From the NCBI GenBank assembly GCA_020851455.1, contig JADZCT010000034.1, positions 1,200-65,199 of the forward strand: a stretch of DNA of 64,000 nucleotides, read 5' to 3'. Shown one piece after another: positions 9,903 to 18,739 of the stretch. How positions within the stretch are numbered: the stretch's first letter is position 1; each line of letters begins with the position of its first letter. Source of the DNA: Gemmatimonadaceae bacterium. GTDB lineage: Bacteria; Gemmatimonadota; Gemmatimonadetes; Gemmatimonadales; Gemmatimonadaceae. A program made the translations under genes and the position numbers. The notes beneath the pieces are model-generated. The model searched no databases and was not told the origin of the DNA. It saw only the letters and a list, made by a program, of their open reading frames with translations.

Positions 9903-11546
9903 TTATCGCGGCGGCTCGGCGGCGCGCTTGCCCGCCGGGCCGATGACGTTCCAGTCCCGTATGGACTGCCACCACGCGTCCGGCGGCATCGTGCCGATCA
10001 CGAGCCGGCGGTTGGCGGCTGCGGGAAGGCGCGGCTCGTACAGCCAGATGGCGGGCGGGTCGTCAATCGCGGCCTGGAATGCCCGTTTCAGGTGGGCTCT
10101 GGCGCTCGCGATGTCGAACGCGGCGAGCCCGCTGTCCACCTGCAGGTCGAAGGCGGGACTTGCGTAGCCGCCCGCATTGAACGGCGAGCCAGGCTTGAAC
10201 GATGCCGCCGTCCAGCTCTGCCTCAGGCCGGTGGGGCTGGGGGTGGTGTTCCACGCGAACAGCGCGGCATCGAACTGGTGCGCCGCGAGCCGTGAGCGGA
10301 AGGCGAGCGGATCCACTGCGTCAATCTTCACTTCGACTCCAACCTCGCGCATCGCCTGCTGCAAGAGCTCCGCCATGCGAACCCGGGGCCGGCTCGACGT
10401 GCTCACCAGCACCGAAAGCGAGAGCCTCCTTCCGTTCCGGGCGCGGCCGCCGGCTGCGTTCCTTCGCCAGCCCAGCGAGTCCAGCGCCCCGCCGGCCGCG
10501 GCGGTGTCGTAGGGGAGGGGAGTGATGGCGGTGTCGGCTGCCCACTGGGCGCGCGTGAACGGGCCGAAGGCGACGAGCGCCAGCGTGTCGTACACTGTCC
10601 TGACGACCTGCGCGCGGTTGACGGCCATCGTGAGGGCGCGGCGCACGCCCCGGCTCCCGAGAATCGGATGGGGGCTTCGGCCGTCCGCGCCGCGAAGGTT
10701 GAACTCGAGGAACCCGTACTCGTAGCGGCGCGCCGGGACGAGCCGGACTTCCGGGTGCCGGACCGCCTCGGCGGCGTCGTCCACGGTGACGACCTCGATG
10801 AAGTCCGCGTCGCCTGCGAAGACCGCGCGTGCAGCCGCGGAGCCGTCGGCGAAGATCGAGAAGACGAGCCGGTCAATCCGCGGCCGGCCGAGGAAATAGG
10901 CGTCGTTCGCGGCAAGCTCGAAGCGCACCTTCTTGTCCCAGGACACGAACCGGAACGGCCCGTCCCCGACAGGATGCTGGGCGAAGGCCGACTGGCGAAG
11001 TGAATCGTGCGGAATGCCGCGCAGCAGGTGCTCCGGGAGCGGAACGACGTTGTACGCGATCGCGTGGAACATCTCCGGCCGGCGTGCGCGGTACCAAAAC
11101 GTCGCGGTGAGCGAGTCCGGCGTGGTGAGCGAGTCAATGAGCGCCGTGAAGTCAACGGCATTCGCCCCGGATGCCGGGTCGTTGTAGATCTCCCATGCAA
11201 TGCGGACATCCGCGGCGCGCACCGGGACGCCGTCGTGCCAGCGCGCGCGAGGGTCGAGGTGGAAGGTCACGGCCGTTGAATCGTGCGACCACTCCCAGCT
11301 CTGCGCGAGCCGAGGCAGGTAGCCGGCGTCGCCCACGGTGTTCTGCGCCGCGCCGATCTCGGCGAGCTTGTCGAAGATCAGGTCGGTGTAGAGCCGCGCC
11401 TGAGTCTCGGTCCACAGCCGCGGCACGAGCACGTCGCCGTCGCCGCCGGATGCGATGACGACCGTCCGGTCCGCGCCGGTCTCCGCGCGGCACGCGAGTG
11501 CCGCGATGCATGCAACCAGCCACAAGCGCCGGGCACCGGCCATCAT
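9903..11546 (-). CDS. ABC transporter substrate-binding protein, family 5 (OppA/DppA-like)
   Basis: Trimmed to the ATGATG at 11546, preceded by GGAGG. Signal peptide MMAGARRLWLVACIAALAC. The body matches SBP_bac_5 (LAQSWEWSHDSTAVTFHLDPRARWHDGVPVRAADV). Confidence 0.9.
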   Translation of the reverse strand: MMAGARRLWLVACIAALACRAETGADRTVVIASGGDGDVLVPRLWTETQARLYTDLIFDKLAEIGAAQNTVGDAGYLPRLAQSWEWSHDSTAVTFHLDPRARWHDGVPVRAADVRIAWEIYNDPASGANAVDFTALIDSLTTPDSLTATFWYRARRPEMFHAIAYNVVPLPEHLLRGIPHDSLRQSAFAQHPVGDGPFRFVSWDKKVRFELAANDAYFLGRPRIDRLVFSIFADGSAAARAVFAGDADFIEVVTVDDAAEAVRHPEVRLVPARRYEYGFLEFNLRGADGRSPHPILGSRGVRRALTMAVNRAQVVRTVYDTLALVAFGPFTRAQWAADTAITPLPYDTAAAGGALDSLGWRRNAAGGRARNGRRLSLSVLVSTSSRPRVRMAELLQQAMREVGVEVKIDAVDPLAFRSRLAAHQFDAALFAWNTTPSPTGLRQSWTAASFKPGSPFNAGGYASPAFDLQVDSGLAAFDIASARAHLKRAFQAAIDDPPAIWLYEPRLPAAANRRLVIGTMPPDAWWQSIRDWNVIGPAGKRAAEPPR

Positions 11547-11583
11547 GAATCCTCCGCTGGCTCTGCTGGCCAACGTTACCGGG

Positions 11584-12348
11584 CTACCTGCGCCACGTCC
11601 ACTGCGGATCCGCGAACTGGGCGCGCCATGGCGCGGCATACCGTGCGGCTTCTGCACGCTCGATGGGCTCGAGCGGCCCATGCGCGCGCTCCACGGCGGT
11701 TCGGAGCGCGGCGCGGACTTCGTCGCGCGTGACGCTCCGGCCCAGCGCGGCCTGGAGCGTGGCGCCGCGTGCGGGCGCTGGCATCCCTGCGCTCGCCAGT
11801 TCCGGGAGCGCGCCCTGCCGGTCCGCGAGGAGGATGGACCCGTGCTGGAGGAGCGCGCCCGCTTCGCGCCGCTGCGCGCTCGCGACAAGCTTGCGGCCGT
11901 CGAGCACCAGTTCGCCGGCGGACGGCGCCGCGAAGCAGGCATCGGCGCCGGGGCGCCGCTCGCGCGCAGCGGGCGCGGCTGGCGCAGGACGGACTCCGAG
12001 CGAGGCGATGGCATCCGCGAGCAGGGTGTTTATCCGGTCGAACGCGGCGCGGATGGACTCGCCGTCCGTCTCCGGCGCCGTCACGCTGTAGGTGACTTCG
12101 TCCTGGTGGAGCAGCACCCGCCCGCCCGTCGGCCGTCGCACCGCGCCGTAGCCGCGCGCATCGAGGAAGGCCGGATCGAACCTGCCGGCAACGCTCTCGT
12201 GCCGGCCGAACGAAAGCGTGGGACGGTCCCATCCATAAACCCGGAACACCGCCTCGCCGGTTTCCCGCGCGAGCACCATGAGCCCGGCGTCAACGGCCAT
12301 CTGCTCCGCGCCGGTTGCGTCCGGCGATTCGAGCCAGCGCCAACGCAC
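11584..12348 (-). CDS. lipoate-protein ligase / octanoyltransferase family protein (BPL_LplA_LipB domain only)
   Basis: Trimmed to the GTG at 12348. Motifs: AEQMAVDAGL, FRVYGWDRPTLSFGRHE, RRPTGGRVLLHQDEVTYS. About 254 aa with no LplA C-terminal domain. Confidence 0.72.
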   Translation of the reverse strand: MRWRWLESPDATGAEQMAVDAGLMVLARETGEAVFRVYGWDRPTLSFGRHESVAGRFDPAFLDARGYGAVRRPTGGRVLLHQDEVTYSVTAPETDGESIRAAFDRINTLLADAIASLGVRPAPAAPAARERRPGADACFAAPSAGELVLDGRKLVASAQRREAGALLQHGSILLADRQGALPELASAGMPAPARGATLQAALGRSVTRDEVRAALRTAVERAHGPLEPIERAEAARYAAPWRAQFADPQWTWRR

Positions 12349-12352
12349 GGGT

Positions 12353-12532
12353 TCAGCGGGCGATCGCGTAGTAGATGACGTAGATCCAGCCGAGGAACCC
12401 CTGGATGATCGCCCACAGGATCGAGTGGTGCTCGGTCCACGAGATGGCGATCGCAAGGGCGCTCCCGAAGCTGATCCCTGCCCGCGCCGCTCCGCCTGCG
12501 GAGATGACTGTCACGCGCCTGCCGTTGCCCAT
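12353..12532 (-). CDS. 59-aa membrane protein, below the ORF-track size cutoff
   Basis: Hand translation gives [59 protein letters not shown]. It has two hydrophobic segments. Its stop lies 4 nt before the GTG of the next gene on the same strand. Confidence 0.45.
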   Translation of the reverse strand: MGNGRRVTVISAGGAARAGISFGSALAIAISWTEHHSILWAIIQGFLGWIYVIYYAIAR

Positions 12533-12588
12533 GCCGCAATCTAGCCACGCCGCGTATTTTTCGAGCGCACCCTACACCCGGCCTCAAC

Positions 12589-15450
12589 GTGACTTCAATA
12601 CCTGCCCCCGATACCTTCGTCTCGCGCCACCTCGGCCCGAGCGACGCAGACGTCCGCGACATGCTCGAAGTCTTGGGCTACCCATCGCTCGACGCGCTCA
12701 TGGACGCCACGGTTCCCGCCAACATCCGGCTTCGCCGCGCCCTCAGTCTGCCGGCTGCAATGTCGGAGCAGGAGGCACTCGCGGATTTCCGCGCGATGAT
12801 GTCGCAGAACGAAGTGTGGCGGACGTTCATCGGGATGGGCTACTACCCGACTCACACGCCCGCGGCCGTGCAGCGCAACATCCTCGAGAATCCCGGCTGG
12901 TACACGGCGTACACGCCCTACCAGGCGGAAATCGCGCAGGGGCGGCTCGAGGCTCTCCTCAACTTCCAGACCGTCGCGACGGATCTCACCGGGCTTCCGA
13001 TTGCGAGCGCGTCGCTGCTCGACGAGGCCACCGCGGCCGCCGAGGCGATGCAGCTCGTGCATGCCGTCGGGGGCGACCGCAATGTCTTCCTCGTGGCCGA
13101 CGACTGCCATCCGCAGACGATTGACGTGGTGAAGGCGCGGGGCGCCGCGCGGGGCATCCGTGTGCGGATCCAGTCCAGGTCGGCTTTCACCTTCAGCGCG
13201 AAGGTATGTGGGGTGATGTTGCAGTACCCGAACACATACGGCTCCATCGAGGACTACCGCGACGTCGTCGAGCGCGCCCACGCCGCCGGCGCGCTCGTGA
13301 CGGTCGCTACCGACCTTCTCGCGCTCACGCTGCTGGCGCCGCCGGGAGAGTGGGGCGCCGACGTGGTGTTCGGCAGCGCGCAGCGCTTTGGCGTGCCGAT
13401 GGGCTACGGCGGACCGCATGCGGCGTTCCTCACCGCGCGCGACGAATACAAGCGCCACATGCCGGGCCGCATCATTGGCGTGTCGAAGGACGCCGACGGC
13501 AGGATGGCGCTCCGGATGGCGCTCGGTACGCGCGAGCAGCACATCCGACGAGAGAAGGCTACGAGCAACATCTGCACCGCGCAGGTGCTCCTCGCCGTGA
13601 TGAGCGGCATGTACGCGGTCTGGCACGGCCCCGATGGCCTCGTGCGAATCGCCAGGCGCGTGCACGCTCTGGCCGAGGCGTTCGCCGAAGGCGCGCGCGG
13701 CCTGGGGCACACCGTGCTGCACGATGTGTTCTTCGACACGGTGCAGGTGAAGCTTGGCGCGCTGCGCCCGCTCGCCGCCGTGAAGCGCGAGGCAAAGAAG
13801 CACCGCGCCAACCTCAGGTACTTCCGCGACGGATCCGTCGGGGTGTCGTTCGGCGAGACGCACACGGTTGCCGACGTGGACGACCTCCTCGCCTGCCTTG
13901 GCTCGACCAGGTCAGGCGCCGCCGCGGCCGCCGCGGCGAAGACCGACGCGCGCTACGACGAGCGCTTCGCGCGCACCAGCGCGTTCTGCGCGCACCCGGT
14001 GTTCAACACGCACCACTCGGAAGCGGAGTTCCAGCGCTACGTGCGCCGGCTCGAGTCGAAGGACCTCTCGCTCGTTCACTCCATGATCGCGCTCGGCTCG
14101 TGCACGATGAAGCACAACGCCGCCGCGGAGATGTTCCCGGTAACGTGGCCCGAAGTGGGCGGCCTGCACCCCTTCGCACCCCGCACGCAGGCGAAGGGAT
14201 ACACGGCGCTCTTCGAGCGCCTCGAGAAGGCGCTGGCCGAGATCACGGGATTCCACGCCGTATCGCTCCAGCCGAACGCCGGGTCGCAGGGCGAGTACTC
14301 CGGCCTGCTGGTGATTCGCGCCTACCACCACTCCCGCGGCGACAAGAAGCGCGACGTTTGCCTGATCCCGCAGTCGGCGCACGGAACCAACCCGGCGAGC
14401 GCGGTGATGGCAGGCATGCGGGTCGTGGTGGTGAAGACCGACGAGCACGGCAACATTGACGTGGCCGACCTCAAGGCGAAGGCGACCGAGCACAAGGAGG
14501 ATCTCGCGGCGCTGATGGTCACGTACCCGTCCACGCACGGCGTGTTCGAGGAGGCGATCACCGAGATCACGTCGGTGATCCACGCGAACGGCGGCCAGGT
14601 GTACCTCGACGGCGCCAACATGAACGCGATGGTCGGGCTCTGCCGCCCTGGCGACATCGGTGCCGACGTATGCCACCTCAACCTGCACAAGACGTTCGCG
14701 ATCCCGCACGGCGGTGGTGGTCCGGGCGTGGGGCCGATCGGTGTCGCGGAACACCTTGCGCCGTTCCTGCCAGGGCACGCGGTGGTTCCGACAGGCGGCT
14801 CGAAGCACATCGGCGCAGTGAGCGCCGCGCCGTGGGGAAGCGCCAGCGTCCTCCCCATCTCGATGATGTACATAATGATGCTGGGCGGCGACGGACTCAC
14901 GCTGGCAACCAAGTACGCGATCCTGAACGCGAACTACGTGGCCAGGCGGCTCGAGGGGCAGTACCCAGTGCTCTACAGCGGCGCCAACGGTACCGTCGCG
15001 CACGAGTGCATCGTTGACCCACGTGAGCTGAAGCAGTCGGCGGGGATCGAGGTCGAGGACATTGCGAAGCGGCTCATGGACTACGGCTTCCACGCGCCTA
15101 CGGTCTCGTTCCCGGTGGCGGGCACCCTGATGATCGAGCCGACGGAGAGCGAGCCGAAGGAAGAGCTGGACAGGTTCATCGAGGCGCTGGTGGCCATCCG
15201 GAAGGAGGCCGAGGATGTGGCGGCTGGCGTGCTGCCGCGCGACGACAACCCGCTCAAGCGAGCGCCGCACACGATGGAAGCGGTAGTGACGGACGGATGG
15301 GCGCGCGCTTATACGCGCGAGCGCGCGGCGTTCCCGCTGCCGTGGGTGCGGGGGCGCAAGTGCTGGCCTGCGGTCGCGCGCGTTGACAACGCGTACGGCG
15401 ACAGGAACCTCGTCTGCGCCTGCCCGCCGATCGAGATGTACAGCGCCTAG
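12589..15450 (+). CDS. gcvP: glycine dehydrogenase (decarboxylating), single-chain P protein
   Basis: 953 aa with GTG start. Collinear with fused GcvP and carries the PLP-lysine region [18 protein letters not shown]. Confidence 0.97.
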   Translation: MTSIPAPDTFVSRHLGPSDADVRDMLEVLGYPSLDALMDATVPANIRLRRALSLPAAMSEQEALADFRAMMSQNEVWRTFIGMGYYPTHTPAAVQRNILENPGWYTAYTPYQAEIAQGRLEALLNFQTVATDLTGLPIASASLLDEATAAAEAMQLVHAVGGDRNVFLVADDCHPQTIDVVKARGAARGIRVRIQSRSAFTFSAKVCGVMLQYPNTYGSIEDYRDVVERAHAAGALVTVATDLLALTLLAPPGEWGADVVFGSAQRFGVPMGYGGPHAAFLTARDEYKRHMPGRIIGVSKDADGRMALRMALGTREQHIRREKATSNICTAQVLLAVMSGMYAVWHGPDGLVRIARRVHALAEAFAEGARGLGHTVLHDVFFDTVQVKLGALRPLAAVKREAKKHRANLRYFRDGSVGVSFGETHTVADVDDLLACLGSTRSGAAAAAAAKTDARYDERFARTSAFCAHPVFNTHHSEAEFQRYVRRLESKDLSLVHSMIALGSCTMKHNAAAEMFPVTWPEVGGLHPFAPRTQAKGYTALFERLEKALAEITGFHAVSLQPNAGSQGEYSGLLVIRAYHHSRGDKKRDVCLIPQSAHGTNPASAVMAGMRVVVVKTDEHGNIDVADLKAKATEHKEDLAALMVTYPSTHGVFEEAITEITSVIHANGGQVYLDGANMNAMVGLCRPGDIGADVCHLNLHKTFAIPHGGGGPGVGPIGVAEHLAPFLPGHAVVPTGGSKHIGAVSAAPWGSASVLPISMMYIMMLGGDGLTLATKYAILNANYVARRLEGQYPVLYSGANGTVAHECIVDPRELKQSAGIEVEDIAKRLMDYGFHAPTVSFPVAGTLMIEPTESEPKEELDRFIEALVAIRKEAEDVAAGVLPRDDNPLKRAPHTMEAVVTDGWARAYTRERAAFPLPWVRGRKCWPAVARVDNAYGDRNLVCACPPIEMYSA

Positions 15451-15472
15451 GAGGTCTGGCGCCGTGGTAAGA

Positions 15473-15511
15473 GGGCGGGGCTGTCGCCGCGATCAGGCGG
15501 CGGCCCCGCCC
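15473..15511. terminator. GC-rich hairpin between convergent gcvP and gcvH (possible bidirectional terminator)
   Basis: GGGCGGGGC (15473-15481) pairs with GCCCCGCCC (15503-15511). An inner pair is CGCCGC/GCGGCG. There is no U-tract. Confidence 0.35.
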
Positions 15512-15516
15512 GCAGC

Positions 15517-15909
15517 TTAGTTGCCCGAGAGCAGCTTCCCGTACGCGGCGGCGTCGAGGAGCGCGGCCACGTCGCTTTCGGCGGCGACCTTGAGCTTGAT
15601 CATCCAGCCGTCGCCAAAGGCGTCGCGGTTGACGATTGCCGGGTCGCCTTCGAGTGCCGGGTTCACCTCCACGACCTCGCCTGCGACCGGGCAGTAGAGA
15701 TCGCTCACGGCTTTCACGGCCTCGATCGAACCGAAGGTGTCGTGCGCCTTGAACTTCGCGCCCGGCTTGGGCAGGTCGAGGAAGACGATGTCGCCGAGTT
15801 CGCCCTGGGCGTAGTCGGTGATGCCTACGAGGTACACGCCGGCCTTGCCGGACGGCTTGAGGTACTCGTGGTCCTTGGTGTATCGGAGGTCAGCGGGGAC
15901 GTTTGCCAT
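15517..15909 (-). CDS. gcvH: glycine cleavage system H protein
   Basis: Trimmed to the ATG at 15909 (MANVPADLRYTKDHEYL). Lipoyl-lysine motif SIEAVKAVSDLY. Confidence 0.95.
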   Translation of the reverse strand: MANVPADLRYTKDHEYLKPSGKAGVYLVGITDYAQGELGDIVFLDLPKPGAKFKAHDTFGSIEAVKAVSDLYCPVAGEVVEVNPALEGDPAIVNRDAFGDGWMIKLKVAAESDVAALLDAAAYGKLLSGN

Positions 15910-15940
15910 GCGCGAATGGTACGCCCGGCGCGCTGCGTTC

Positions 15941-16552
15941 TCAAGGATGGGTGGCGGCGCGCGCCGAGATTTCCTTCCACAGCGCATCAATCTGCGTGGC
16001 GAGCGCTTCCTCGGTGCCGGTGTTCTCGATCACGAACGAGGCCCGCTGCTTCTTCGGGCCGACGGGCGCCTGGGCGGCCATCATGGCGCGTGCGTCGTCT
16101 GGCTTGACGCGGCGTCTCTCCACGAGTCGCTTCAGCCGGTCTTCCTCGGGCGCGTCAACCACGACGATGAAGTCCACGCAGCCGTCGAGCCCGGTTTCGA
16201 AGAGGAGCGGCATGTCGGACACGACGACCTTCGCGCGACGCTCTCTCGCGGCTTCGAGGCCCCGGTTCCAGAGCCGGAAGACTTCCGGGTGCACGATGGC
16301 CTCGAGGTCGGCGAGCGCTCCGGGATTGGCGAAGACGATGCGGCCAAGGGCGGGACGGTCGAGCGACCCGTCGCGTCGGATGACCCCGGATCCGAAGCGC
16401 GCCACGACTGCGGCCCGGCCCGGAGTGCCGTGCGCCACGGCGTCGCGAGCGAGCGAATCGGCGTCCAGTACCATCGCGCCGCGGGCGGCCAGCCGGGCCG
16501 CGACCGTGCTCTTGCCACTGCCGATGTTGCCTGTGAGGCCGACGTGGAACAT
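15941..16552 (-). CDS. coaE: dephospho-CoA kinase
   Basis: 203 aa with N-terminal P-loop VGLTGNIGSGKSTV and CoaE-like length and order. Confidence 0.9.
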   Translation of the reverse strand: MFHVGLTGNIGSGKSTVAARLAARGAMVLDADSLARDAVAHGTPGRAAVVARFGSGVIRRDGSLDRPALGRIVFANPGALADLEAIVHPEVFRLWNRGLEAARERRAKVVVSDMPLLFETGLDGCVDFIVVVDAPEEDRLKRLVERRRVKPDDARAMMAAQAPVGPKKQRASFVIENTGTEEALATQIDALWKEISARAATHP

Positions 16553-16619
16553 GTGCGGAATGGCGCGGTGTGAAGGCGGGTGAGGTGGCGGCCGGTATTA
16601 TCTTTACCCGGTCTCCACG

Positions 16620-17270
16620 ATGCTACAACCCGGGATTCATCCGCGAAAGCGCGCCGGCAGATCATGCGATGCCGGTCCGACGCGCCGCGCCGGCCATCGA
16701 GCGCACGCGCGGTCTCAGGGCGCGTTGCCGGGGTTTACCGTGATCGAGCTCGCGATCACGCTTGGCGTCGCCGCGATTCTCGCGGCGCTGGCCCTGCCCG
16801 CGATTGACTTCAACCGGTACAGGATGGACGCCAACGCGCGCCTCGTCCAGAACACGCTGCTCTGGGCGCAGACCCGCGCCGTGCAGCGGAACATGGACGT
16901 GCTCGTGCAGTTCGACTACGATCGTTCCCGGTTCCGCATCGTGGACGACAGTACCGGCGACGGCGCCTTCACGAGCGGTGAGGTCGAGTCGTACCGGCAG
17001 CTTGCGGAAGGAATGAGGTTCGCAATTCCGCCGTCCACGATAGATGGCCAGACGCGGGCGTATGCCACTGGCGCCGGGATCACCGTGCCGGGCTACCCCA
17101 CGATCGTCTTCCATCCAAACGGATCCTCGAGCGGTGACGCGGTCATCTACCTCGGCAGCCCGCGCGGCCGCACGCAGGATTACCGCGCAGTGAAGGTCAC
17201 GGCATCCACGGCGAAGATGACCACCTACCGGATGCGCTCCGACGGCGCCTGGAGCCGCAGCGAGCTATAG
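16620..17270 (+). CDS. GspH/FimT-type minor (pseudo)pilin
   Basis: Prepilin cleavage/methylation motif G|FTVIELAITLGVAAILAALALP followed by a GspH-like body. The only in-frame canonical start is the ATG at 16620, which gives a 38-aa leader. Confidence 0.8.
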   Translation: MLQPGIHPRKRAGRSCDAGPTRRAGHRAHARSQGALPGFTVIELAITLGVAAILAALALPAIDFNRYRMDANARLVQNTLLWAQTRAVQRNMDVLVQFDYDRSRFRIVDDSTGDGAFTSGEVESYRQLAEGMRFAIPPSTIDGQTRAYATGAGITVPGYPTIVFHPNGSSSGDAVIYLGSPRGRTQDYRAVKVTASTAKMTTYRMRSDGAWSRSEL

Positions 17271-17310
17271 ACCGGCCCGAGAGGCTGCGGCTCCGCGCCC
17301 CGCGCGCCGG

Positions 17311-18078
17311 CTACTTGCGGCCGATTGCCTCCAGGAACCTCTCCACGACGAACGCCGCGCCTCCCTGGTCGCGGATCTCGCGCGGCGTGGCTTTCAGGTA
17401 GCGCTGGCAGGTATTGCGGAATGCGCTCCCCGAGGGGAAGTCGAGGGCGCGCGCGGCGCCGTCGGCGCTCCGTCCGGCGTCCTCGATCATCTGGGCGGCA
17501 ACGATCAGGCGTCCCCAGGTGATGAGCTGCTGCGGCGGCGGAATGCCGTCGTCCTGCAGCCGCGTCAGCAGGACCCGTCGCGACGTGTTGAGGATCTCGG
17601 CGAGGCGGTGGCCTGTGAGGCGGAGGTGCGCGCGCGTCACCGCGACAAGCACCGCGTCGCGCGCAACCGGGTGAAGCACGCCAAGCTTGTTGCGCAGGAG
17701 ACTTGCGACGCCGCGAGCCTCGGCGTGGCCCAGCACGCTCCTGAGCTGACCCGGAGAGTCGTCCCGGTCTACGACGATCAGCCCGTCCAACCCCGCGCGC
17801 CCCGCGTCGAAAAGATCGCGTACACGGTCTGGAGTGAACGCCACGTACGCCACGAGTGTGACGCGCGCAAAGCGCAGCTTGAGTTGCCGCACGCGGTCGA
17901 AGTTCGCGCGTCCGTCGGCGAAAAGGTCCAGCGCGGCGATATGGACGGGCTCCTGCTCGCACGCTTCCTGCACCTCGTCCCAGGTTCCGCACGGGATGAC
18001 GGTGTGCTGGCCCGCCACGGCCGTCATGACGCGGGCGAGGCAGCGTTCTTCGGGGAGCAGGGTGGCGATGATGCCCAT
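17311..18078 (-). CDS. AraC-family transcriptional regulator with receiver-like N-terminal domain
   Basis: Trimmed to the ATG at 18078 (MGIIATLL). The C-terminus carries a dual-HTH AraC pattern (LAEILNTSRRVLLTRL ... AARALDFPSGSAFRNTCQRYLKATPREIR). The N-terminal alpha/beta part resembles a CheY-like fold. Confidence 0.7.
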   Translation of the reverse strand: MGIIATLLPEERCLARVMTAVAGQHTVIPCGTWDEVQEACEQEPVHIAALDLFADGRANFDRVRQLKLRFARVTLVAYVAFTPDRVRDLFDAGRAGLDGLIVVDRDDSPGQLRSVLGHAEARGVASLLRNKLGVLHPVARDAVLVAVTRAHLRLTGHRLAEILNTSRRVLLTRLQDDGIPPPQQLITWGRLIVAAQMIEDAGRSADGAARALDFPSGSAFRNTCQRYLKATPREIRDQGGAAFVVERFLEAIGRK

Positions 18079-18224
18079 GGCGAAACGTAGTGTATGGATT
18101 CTGGCCAGCGCTCCGGCGTGACGATACCATAGCGCGGCAGCGGGGAAAACACCATCGCGATAGGATAGATTCGGAGGTGCGCACCCGAGGTGGCCAGCGC
18201 TGCCCGAACGCGCTGACCTCGTCA

Positions 18225-18737
18225 ATGGCTCCCGCAAGGTTCATGACGCCTTCCGCCCACTGCATGCACACCGATCCGCTGTCTGCGCGCACGGCCGTGG
18301 CGCCGCGCCGCGCGGGGCTCGCGGTCGCGCGGCGGCCGCGGTGCATCGGTGGCGCATCACGCGGGATGACGCTGGTGGAGGTCATCCTCGCGATCGTGAT
18401 TCTCAGCGGGACGATGCTCGGGCTCGGCAACTTCTCGCGGAAGTTTCAGGCCGCCAACACTGGCTCCACGACCAAGACACTCGCGAGCGACCTCGCGGCG
18501 CAGCGCATCGCGGAAGTCGAAGCGTACCGTCCGTACAGCGCGATCGTGGGCGCCTACAACGGGACCGTCGAGCCATTTGCGGCCGGCACGTACACCGGGC
18601 TCACGAGGACCACGCGGGCGGTACGGTGCGTCGGCTGCCCAACGGCCACCAACGACTACGTCACTGTGACGGTGTCGGTTACCGGGAACGACCTCGCGGC
18701 GGCCGTCACGAAGACGACCGTCATCGCCGCGTATTGA
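18225..18737 (+). CDS. PilV-like type IV minor pilin
   Basis: Prepilin motif G|MTLVEVILAIVILSGTMLGL. The only candidate starts are ATGs at 18225, 18243 and 18264, giving leaders of 34-47 aa. The stop overlaps the start region of the next pilin gene. Confidence 0.65.
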   Translation: MAPARFMTPSAHCMHTDPLSARTAVAPRRAGLAVARRPRCIGGASRGMTLVEVILAIVILSGTMLGLGNFSRKFQAANTGSTTKTLASDLAAQRIAEVEAYRPYSAIVGAYNGTVEPFAAGTYTGLTRTTRAVRCVGCPTATNDYVTVTVSVTGNDLAAAVTKTTVIAAY

Positions 18738-18739
18738 CG

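Noticed and set aside
9903-12014. Very long N-terminal extensions of track ORFs (also 2436-3668, 7299-8645, 8096-9343, 8929-9975, 25985-27211, 44103-45170)
   Set aside because: The extensions are R/P/A-rich and overlap the preceding gene. They also precede an obvious signal peptide or conserved N-terminus that coincides with an ATGA/GTGA overlap or an SD-preceded start. I trimmed them rather than reporting fusion proteins.
12533-12588. Glycine riboswitch upstream of gcvP
   Set aside because: Only 56 nt separate the divergent start codons. That is too short for even a single glycine aptamer plus expression platform, and no conserved aptamer core is visible.
12595-15270. Two long minus-strand ORFs (422 aa and 452 aa) inside gcvP
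   Set aside because: They are antisense to an unambiguous glycine dehydrogenase and have no motifs. The same reasoning applies to 45071-46618, 48463-50076, 52728-54299, 56750-58375 and 59135-60724.
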